Source: Candidatus Saccharimonadota bacterium
GTDB taxonomy: Bacteria > Bacteroidota > Bacteroidia > Cytophagales > Amoebophilaceae
Direction: 5' to 3'
Assembly (NCBI RefSeq): GCF_936981045.1
Contig: NZ_OW441264.1
Location: 390,001 to 422,000, forward strand
Length of the DNA: 32,000 nt
Shown here: piece after piece, positions 26,075 to 32,000 of the stretch
Position numbering within the stretch: position 1 is the stretch's first letter
Layout of the letters: every line of letters starts with the position of its first letter
The notes under the pieces: generated by a model
Databases searched by the model: none
The model's input: the letters and a program-made list of their open reading frames with translations, nothing else
What the model was told of the DNA's origin: nothing
Translations under genes and position numbers: made by a program

Positions 26075-26493
26075 GAGACCGTTGCAATAGAAAATTTTAC
26101 GTGGTTTTAATATAATAATTCGGATATATTTGTAATGTTTCTAGACTAGAAATATTATTGTTTATACGTGAGTTCGGGATTTATTTGACTGATTCACAAC
26201 AATTTAATATCAATTATTTAGTTAATATTTGCACCTATTTAACAAGTTTTTATATCTAATTTTATAAATATAATATATATAATAAACTGATTACCAGAAT
26301 TATTTGTTATTCAACTACCTATTTAACTGTCTAATAAAACAAATTTTATAAATTTTCATTGATATTGATTATCAAATGAAAAAATAATCTAATCCCGAAC
26401 TCACGTTTTATGTATTTTTAATACTTAAAAGTAACTATTAGGCGATAATTACCTCTATCTTATAAAAACTTAGTTTTCTATTGCAATGGCCTC
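26075..26493. mobile_element. IS5-type MITE (178 bp of its own sequence) carrying a nested IS982-type MITE
   Basis: Ends GAGACCGTTGCAATAGAAAA and TTTTCTATTGCAATGGCCTC are inverted repeats of each other. They match the ends of the IS5-family element at 28311/29587. Flanked by a 5-bp repeat ACAAC. Confidence 0.72.
26166..26406 (+). mobile_element. MITE copy 4 (IS982-type TIRs), 241 bp
   Basis: ACGTGAGTTCGGGATT...AATCCCGAACTCACGT, flanked by a 5-bp repeat TTTAT. Confidence 0.9.
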
Positions 26494-26513
26494 ACAACGT
26501 TCTTTCGTTAACC

Positions 26514-26861
26514 CTACAAATCTATTGATAACTTCTTTATATCCTTAATTAATTGAGCAATTTTACCGAATAGGTCCATTCTCTCAGAAGCAACAGCACT
26601 TATTTCTGTTTCAATGATCTTTAAATCATGAATTATTTCAGCTACTCTATGATCACTTTGTATTTTTACCATGATATTTTCTAGAGCAGCTAATAGATTC
26701 CCCATTCTAGAGCCTGGTTGGACTGCCTGTTTAGCTTTCACTAAAGCATCCACCACATTCTGCTTATGTATACTACCTACATCTCCCGTTTGGACTAATG
26801 AGACCATAAGGTCTTTCAACTTGCATAACAATTCAAAAATTACAAGCAATATTGTAAACAT
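26514..26861 (-). CDS. hypothetical small helical protein (orphan)
   Basis: 115-aa ORF with no motif I recognise. Predicted largely helical/heptad-like (..LLAALENIMVKIQSDHRVAEIIHDLKIIETEISAV..). Lies between mobile-element debris. Confidence 0.4.
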   Translation of the reverse strand: MFTILLVIFELLCKLKDLMVSLVQTGDVGSIHKQNVVDALVKAKQAVQPGSRMGNLLAALENIMVKIQSDHRVAEIIHDLKIIETEISAVASERMDLFGKIAQLIKDIKKLSIDL

Positions 26862-27039
26862 ATATTTTATTTAGTTGATTTTTCAGTTGGCCATTACACC
26901 TCTATGATTGACGTTTCGCATGCCCATAACAGATGGGTGCATCTATAGTACAGCTATTTATTGTCCCACTTTGGGAGAAAAACCCCGCACTTGAAGTGCG
27001 TCGTTTCAACATACTTAGACGGTAAAGATGCAGTATTAA

Positions 27040-27327
27040 CCCATCTGTCGCGTAGCTGATTTAAGTAAGGCCCTGCGTTATTTACAAGAAAGTGGATTAA
27101 CCATATTGGCTTGTCATGCACAAGCTAAGCAATTACTGTATAAGATAGATTTCAAACTTCCTGTTGCACTTATTTTAGGTGGAGAAGGGGTTGGTATAGC
27201 TGTAAAACATTTAAGATTAGCGACCCATCATATTTGTATTCCTATGCAAGGCCCTATTGGTTCTTTTAATGTCTCTGTGGCAGCTGGTATCATGCTCTAC
27301 GAAGTATTTCGGAAACGTTTTGCATAA
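27040..27327 (+). pseudogene. SpoU/TrmH-family RNA 2'-O-methyltransferase, C-terminal third only
   Basis: ..DLSKALRYLQESGLTILA......PVALILGGEGVGI......HHICIPMQGPIGSFNVSVAAGIMLYE. These are motifs 2 and 3 of the SPOUT knot (GxEGxG, IPM.G...SLNVSvA.gi.lyE). An in-frame stop lies just upstream and there is no room for the N-terminal ~150 aa. Confidence 0.8.
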
Positions 27328-27362
27328 GGGTGTTGTCTATACCCTTCAGGGAAGGACGTCCA

Positions 27363-28012
27363 TGAAAAAATATACTGGACTGAAAAAATCGGACAAAAAT
27401 ATTTTAATTTATTTTCCATATCGTTTAGGTTTAGAGTCATACAATAAATTAATCAAATGGGTAGAAAGTAAGATTAGGCATTTTAGTTCGGAAGAAAAAA
27501 CTAAGATAGTATTCGCTTTACTAAAAGAAGATTTAACGCTAGTTGAGCTGTCTTCCAAATATGGCGTCACTAGTAAAACCCTTTAAAATTGGAAGCGTCA
27601 ATTTTTAGAGAATGCCTCTATAGCCTTTGATCCATCCAAGGTTGTTAGTGTGTATAAAGAGGAAATTAGCACACTTAAGCATCAAAACGATGCACTTGCG
27701 AAGGCTTTAGGAAAGGCTACCGTTGAGCAAGATTGGGCAGTGGGCAAGCTAAAGAGCTTGGATTTACTAAATAAGCAAAGTCTTGTCAGATCCAAGCTTC
27801 CCAACTTATCCAAGGCAAGACAATGTGCATTATTATCGATACATCGCTCTTTGATATACTACAAAGCTAGGGAATTAAGTGGTTGTAATACATCTGTTTT
27901 AAACAAAATAGATTCAATCTACAGGGAACATCCGGAATATGGTTATCGCTATATATACAATCAGCTACAAGAGGATGGCGATACCGTTGATTACGTTCAG
28001 TCCCCAGGTCTT
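27363..28012 (+). pseudogene. IS3-family element, 5' half (transposase with an early 1-nt insertion and an in-frame TAA), interrupted by IS110
   Basis: ATGGGTAGAAAGTAAGATT versus ATGGGTAGAAATAAGATT in the 18888 copy (one extra G). HTH region ..EEKTKIVFALLKEDLTLVELSSKYGVTSKTL*NWKRQF. Continues through ..YREHPEYGYRYIYNQLQEDGDTV. Confidence 0.8.
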
Positions 28013-28310
28013 TCATCTTAAAAACTGAATAGTTCGATAGGCTTTAAAGCCTATATATGCGACGCTAGTTTAAAAGATGAATTAAATGTAATATATATAT
28101 TTTAAATCATGAAATATATAAGAATTGATCTAGGAAAAAGTAGTTTTGTAGTAGCTTTTCCCCAAGAGAAAGGATACCGTACCATCACCTATAAGAATGA
28201 TACTAAAGGAATCGAAACCTTTTTAGCTCAACTTGATAAAGCATCGTATCACTGTGTCTTAGAAGCTACAGGAAACTATGGCGCTTTATTACTGCAGATG
28301 CTTACAGAAC
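28013..28310 (+). pseudogene. IS110-family element, left end and first ~67 codons only, truncated by the IS5-family element
   Basis: Homologous to 5991-5680 (minus strand). ORF MKYIRIDLGKSSFVVAFPQEKGYRTITYKNDTKGIETFLAQLDKASYHCVLEATGNYGALLLQMLTE, then homology ends at the GAGGCCGTTGTGATAGA inverted repeat. Confidence 0.8.
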
Positions 28311-29587
28311 GAGGCCGTTGTGATAGATTTCTATTATAATATTTTTAGGGTTGTTTAGACTGATTTTTGGTATTAAAGTGGTATTAATTTTATTATTTAT
28401 TGATTTTCATGTACTTTTATTGCATTTTAGACAGACCATTCCCCTAAAGACCTCTTAATATGATATTTGGCGACCTGTATAAGTTATAGGCTATTGCTTC
28501 GATAACGTGTTGCGTATGAGTTTTAGAAAGTCCTATGTAGCGAGCTCCTGAGCTTCGGAACCAACTTTTAATACTTCCAAATACACGTTCTACTTTATAC
28601 CTGGTTTTAGCTACCAATGTATTAAACCGTTTAGCAGTAGGTGATAAAGGATTATTTCTAGTGGCTTTCTTCTGAATAGCTGATTTTAAGGCTTTATTCT
28701 TTAATAAGGTTTCATTAGGTGATCCGCTATAGCCCTTATCTGCATATAGCCTACTACCTACTTTTAGCTCTACTTTATCCAGTAAGACTTGTAAATGAGC
28801 ACTATCATGACTAGATGCTTTTGTGGTACTGACTGCTAGGACTAAGCCTTCTTTACTTTCCACAAGGATGTGACGCTTATACCCATAGTAGAGATTATCT
28901 CCTTTTTTTGTCCAACTCGCTTCTGGATCTACACCTTTTTGATAACTTTCGGCTACAATTATAGTGCCATCTTCATGGAGATCATAGCTTTTTTTACTTT
29001 TAGGGCGCCTAGGGGTAGGCGTAATAGAGGCATCAACAACTGCACCATGTTGAACTAATACACCATGACTAGATAGTTGATCGTTAATTATTTTCAATAA
29101 CCTTTCTAGGGCCTGCTTCTCCGTAAGCGCAGTCCTAAACCTGCTTAATACGCTATGATCTGGAACAGAACTATCCATGGAAATACGACAAAATCTGCTG
29201 AAAGTGATACGATCATTTACTTCTTCTTCTACTTGATAGTCACTCAGAGCATACGATGTTTGAAGCAACAGCATTTTAAATAAAAGAAGCGGGCTATAAG
29301 CTGCCTTTCCTGATAAACACAAACCTTTAGGATAATACAAGAAAAGTTCTTTTTCTATTACTTTCCAAGTAATCAGCTTATTAAGCTGATCGAAAAAAGT
29401 ATGCTTACACTTACGTTGACTGGCTGAAATATCTGCAAAACTTAATTGATTATTTGTTTTGACGGCCATAACAATATTATTAAAAAGCTTAAGTTTAAAC
29501 GATTAAAGAATCAACCTAATTTAACCATTGTATAACACTAAAAGTCACTTTTTATAACAAAGCTTAAAACTCTATTGCAACAACCTC
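28311..29587 (-). mobile_element. IS5-family insertion sequence, apparently intact, 1277 bp
   Basis: Imperfect TIRs GAGGCCGTTGTGATAGATTT (28311) and the reverse complement GAGGTTGTTGCAATAGAGTT (ending 29587). Single 341-aa transposase ORF. Confidence 0.82.
28444..29469 (-). CDS. IS5-family DDE transposase
   Basis: N-terminal DUF772-like region (YSPLLLFKMLLLQ..Y.LSD...E....DR..F.RF), DDE core (VVDASI..., YGYK.H, YADKGY) and the C-terminal YKVERVFGSIK...G.RY.GL.K motif. Confidence 0.9.
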   Translation of the reverse strand: MAVKTNNQLSFADISASQRKCKHTFFDQLNKLITWKVIEKELFLYYPKGLCLSGKAAYSPLLLFKMLLLQTSYALSDYQVEEEVNDRITFSRFCRISMDSSVPDHSVLSRFRTALTEKQALERLLKIINDQLSSHGVLVQHGAVVDASITPTPRRPKSKKSYDLHEDGTIIVAESYQKGVDPEASWTKKGDNLYYGYKRHILVESKEGLVLAVSTTKASSHDSAHLQVLLDKVELKVGSRLYADKGYSGSPNETLLKNKALKSAIQKKATRNNPLSPTAKRFNTLVAKTRYKVERVFGSIKSWFRSSGARYIGLSKTHTQHVIEAIAYNLYRSPNIILRGL

Positions 29588-29617
29588 GTGTTGTGGTTTA
29601 AATAAATATACAACCTG

Positions 29618-29649
29618 AAAAATATTTACACACTTAAAACAAAAGACCC
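29618..29649 (-). mobile_element. solo IS256-family IRL
   Basis: AAAAATATTTACACACTTAAAACAAAAGACCC is the reverse complement of GGGTCTTTTGTTTTAAGTGTGTAAATATTTTT. Confidence 0.8.
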
Positions 29650-29664
29650 GAACATAGCTCTATC

Positions 29665-29725
29665 GAGAACGTGGGTTTGGAAGTATTAAAAGTTGGTTCC
29701 GAAGTTCAGGGGCTCGTTATATAGG
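29665..29725 (+). pseudogene. IS5-family transposase C-terminal fragment (diverged copy)
   Basis: GAGAACGTGGGTTTGGAAGTATTAAAAGTTGGTTCCGAAGTTCAGGGGCTCGTTATATAGG is homologous to the reverse complement of 28530-28590 (ERVFGSIKSWFRSSGARYIG). Confidence 0.75.
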
Positions 29726-29855
29726 TTTCAGAAATTATTATACGTCGTTCATCCTGTTTTCTGTACAGACAGATGAGGTGGCTTACTGAGACCTCATCTA
29801 GGAACCTATCTCCAAGGTCAACTGGCTCTATTTGGGTGCGTAGTGACTAATATTG

Positions 29856-30161
29856 CTATACGTCTTCAGCGGAGATTAGTTTTTCCACATCTCCCGAGAC
29901 AATGAGCGACAGATTCAGGGTAATTTTCTCCAATGGCCATTCCCACTACTCCAGTTCTTCTAGATTTGCCACGGTGTCAGTTGGGAAACGTGACCGAATT
30001 ACTCTGGCAGGATTACCTCCTACGATTGCATAGGCAGGTACGTCAGAAGTTACGACTGAGCGGGATGCAATGATCGCACCATTTCCAACATCAACACCCG
30101 GCATAAGTAACGCTTCATATCCAATCCATACATCATTTCTAATGACAGTATCTCCTTTATA
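29856..30161 (-). pseudogene. xenobiotic (Vat/CatB-type, hexapeptide-repeat) O-acetyltransferase, C-terminal fragment with an internal nonsense codon
   Basis: Minus-strand translation [98 protein letters not shown]. The hexapeptide LbH turns plus the ..W.W..EKI tail are characteristic of Vat/CatB enzymes. The 5' part is removed at the IS982 junction. Confidence 0.78.
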
Positions 30162-31163
30162 ACGTGAGTTCGGGATTAGCTTGTTAAAAAATAGCTTTAA
30201 AAAGCTCCTTTGTGTTTTAAATTTGGAGATAAAAAAATACTAACCAGATTACCCAAAGGAGCTAGTTATGAATGTAGAAAAGTTAGTTGAAATATATTAT
30301 GCTGTTGATGAATTTCTCATAAAGTTTATGCCGTATATGGAAAAACAACTGTTAACCAACTCTAAAAGAAAACCCACTAGAACTTGTTCATTAACTTTGA
30401 GTGAAATAATGACTGTTCTTATTGCCTTTCATGTGATTGGTTTTAGAAATTTTAAGTCTTATTATATTCATTTACAGCAATTTCATTCTAGTAAATTTGG
30501 AAAGTTAGTAAGCTAGAATAGATTTGTAGAACTGATCCAAAGAACGTTAGTTCCCTTGTACTGTTTTACACAAAGTCTTTCTAAAACAAAAACAGGTTGT
30601 TATTTTATGGATGCAACAGCCATCAAGGTTTGCCATATCAAAAGAGCCTATACGCACAGGGTTTTTAAATCGATTGCTACTAAAGGTAAAACCAGCATCG
30701 GTTGGTTTTTTGGATTAAAGTTGCACTTGATAGTCAATGATTTAGGAGAAATTATGAATTTTCAACTGACCACAGGTAAAACTAATGATAGGCTTCCTGT
30801 AGAAAATTTGTGTAAACACTTGATGGGTAAAATGTTTGCCGATAAAGGTTACATAAGCAAAGATTTATTTGAAAAACTGATCGAGAAAGGCGTGGAACTC
30901 ATTACCCAGATCAGAAAAAATATGAAAAATTCTTTTATGCCACTTTGGGATAAACTGATGCTTAGAAAACTATCTATAATTGAAACTATTATAGATCAGC
31001 TCAAAAATATTAGCCAGATAGAACATTCCAGGCATAGAAGCATACCTAATTTTCTAGTCAATTTGATAACTGGAATTACAGCTTATGCACTAAAAGAGAA
31101 AAAACCTTCTATAACTAATATATATATGACTGGTTCACAATACGTCTAATCCCGAACTGAGGT
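30162..31163 (+). mobile_element. IS982-family insertion sequence, copy 2, 1002 bp, transposase inactivated
   Basis: Same ends as 10387-11388. No matching flanking duplication (..CCTTTATA / TACTATT..). Confidence 0.9.
30268..31149 (+). pseudogene. IS982-family transposase with a TAC-to-TAG nonsense codon at 30514-30516
   Basis: GTTAGTAAGCTAGAATAGATTT versus GTTAGTGAGCTACAATAGATTT in the intact copy. ORFs 30268-30516 and 30556-31149 are collinear with the 293-aa protein. Confidence 0.9.
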
Positions 31164-31182
31164 TACTATTAAAAATGGCTGA

Positions 31183-32000
31183 TCAAGAAGTAGTTTATCT
31201 ATGCAAATAGAAACCAATTTGTATCAACGTCAGTCAGGTGCCATCACTAATTTTGATCAACAATTACCTCCCACACACGCCGCCCTAGGCCAGGCTACCC
31301 TAAAAAATCCTTGTTTATTTGACTTTCTAAGTCTTGGGGATGAAGCCCATGAAAGAGAATTAGAAAAAGGACTCGTTGCACACATTGAAAAATTTCTACT
31401 TGAATTAGGTGAAGGATTTGCCTTCTTAGGGCGTCAATATCATCTTCAAGTTGAAGAGCAAGATTTTTGTATAGACCTATTATTTTACCATATTAAGCTT
31501 GGTTCTTTTATAGTTATAACGTGAGTTCGGGATTTATTTTACTGATTTACAACAATTTAATATCAATTATTTAGTTAATATTTGCACCTATTTAAGAAGT
31601 TTTTATATCTAATTTTATAAATATAATATATATAATAAACTGATTATCAGAATTATTTATTATTCAACTACCTATTTAACTGTCTATAAAACAAATTTTA
31701 TAAATTTTTATTAATATTGATTATAAAATGAATAAAATAATCTAATCCCGAACTCACGTTTATAGAGTTGAAATCTGGAAATTTCAAGCCTGAATATGTA
31801 GGAAAAATGAATTTTTATCTTTCTGCTGTGGATGACTTATTACGCCACTCAAACGATCATCCTTCTATTGGGTTAATTCTATGCCGATCTAAGGTAGGCG
31901 TTTTAGCAGAATATACATTACGTGATATAAATAAGCCGATAGGCCTTTCAACATACAGACTTACTAAGAATTTGCCTGAAAAATTACAAAAAGTGCTTCC
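31183..32000 (+). pseudogene. YhcG/DUF1016-type PD-(D/E)xK nuclease, 5'-truncated at the IS982 junction and split by MITE copy 5 (runs off the window)
   Basis: ..LYQRQ....LKNP..FDFL.L....ERELE..L..HIEKFLLELG.GFAF.GRQY.L.V.......IDLLFYH.KL..F[MITE]VIELK.G.FKPEY.GKMNFYLSAVDDLLRH..D.PSIGLILC. Removing 31519-31764 restores GSFIVIELKSG in frame. Confidence 0.8.
31519..31759 (+). mobile_element. MITE copy 5 (IS982-type TIRs), inserted in the nuclease gene
   Basis: ACGTGAGTTCGGGATTTATTTTACTG...CTAATCCCGAACTCACGT, flanked by a 5-bp repeat TTATA (31514-31518 and 31760-31764). Confidence 0.9.

Noticed and set aside
27039-27056. ACCCATCTGTCGCGTAGC resembles the IS6 terminal repeat GGTTCTGTCGCGTCTA (10 consecutive identical nt)
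   Set aside because: Nothing IS6-like follows on either side and the GG terminus is absent. In this orientation the element body would be the methyltransferase coding sequence. Most likely chance or an unrecognisably short relic.
27257-27586. 109-aa ORF spanning the methyltransferase 3' end and the IS3 left end
   Set aside because: The N-terminal part is an alternative frame of the SpoU relic and of non-coding IS3 end sequence. Only the last ~40 codons (KIRHFSSEEKTKIV..) are genuine IS3 orfA, reached in this frame because of a 1-nt insertion after the real ATG at 27457.
29776-29813. Hairpin AGATGAGGT-N11-ACCTCATCT downstream of the acetyltransferase relic, considered as a terminator
   Set aside because: There is no T-run on the relevant (minus) strand and the upstream gene is a pseudogene, so there is not enough support to annotate it.

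Overview
AT-rich bacterial chromosomal window. By my own tally of the intervals below (not a computed statistic), roughly 40-45% of it is insertion-sequence DNA. Mobile content: four near-identical 833-bp IS6-family copies; IS256-family elements (one intact, one frameshifted, at least six end fragments); IS982-family elements (one intact, one with a nonsense codon) plus five ~241-bp MITEs that share the IS982 terminal inverted repeats; two diverged copies of an IS110-family element nested inside an IS3-family element; and one intact IS5-family element plus a short derivative MITE. Several elements are nested inside one another, and most IS junctions lack target-site duplications. Housekeeping genes sit between them: murI, tRNA(CAT), tRNA-Gln, rfbB, mutY, a DnaQ-like exonuclease, yidD, era, initiator tRNA-fMet and a rhomboid protease. 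Decayed genes include a SpoU/TrmH methyltransferase, a Vat/CatB-type acetyltransferase and a YhcG/DUF1016 nuclease. The most interesting non-mobile locus is 6199-15104. There, two divergently transcribed paralogous multi-pass membrane proteins (691 and 724 aa) bracket tRNA-Gln and a signal-anchored ClpP-fold serine protease with a long coiled coil. By eye, the C-terminal halves of both paralogs look like a degenerate histidine-kinase core followed by a degenerate RelA/SpoT-type HD hydrolase domain. I do not recognise this combination as a described system. The gene content, the TAnnTTTG-type promoter motif and the extreme IS load suggest an intracellular Bacteroidota symbiont (Amoebophilus/Cardinium-like). 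That taxon call is a guess from pattern memory, not a search result.
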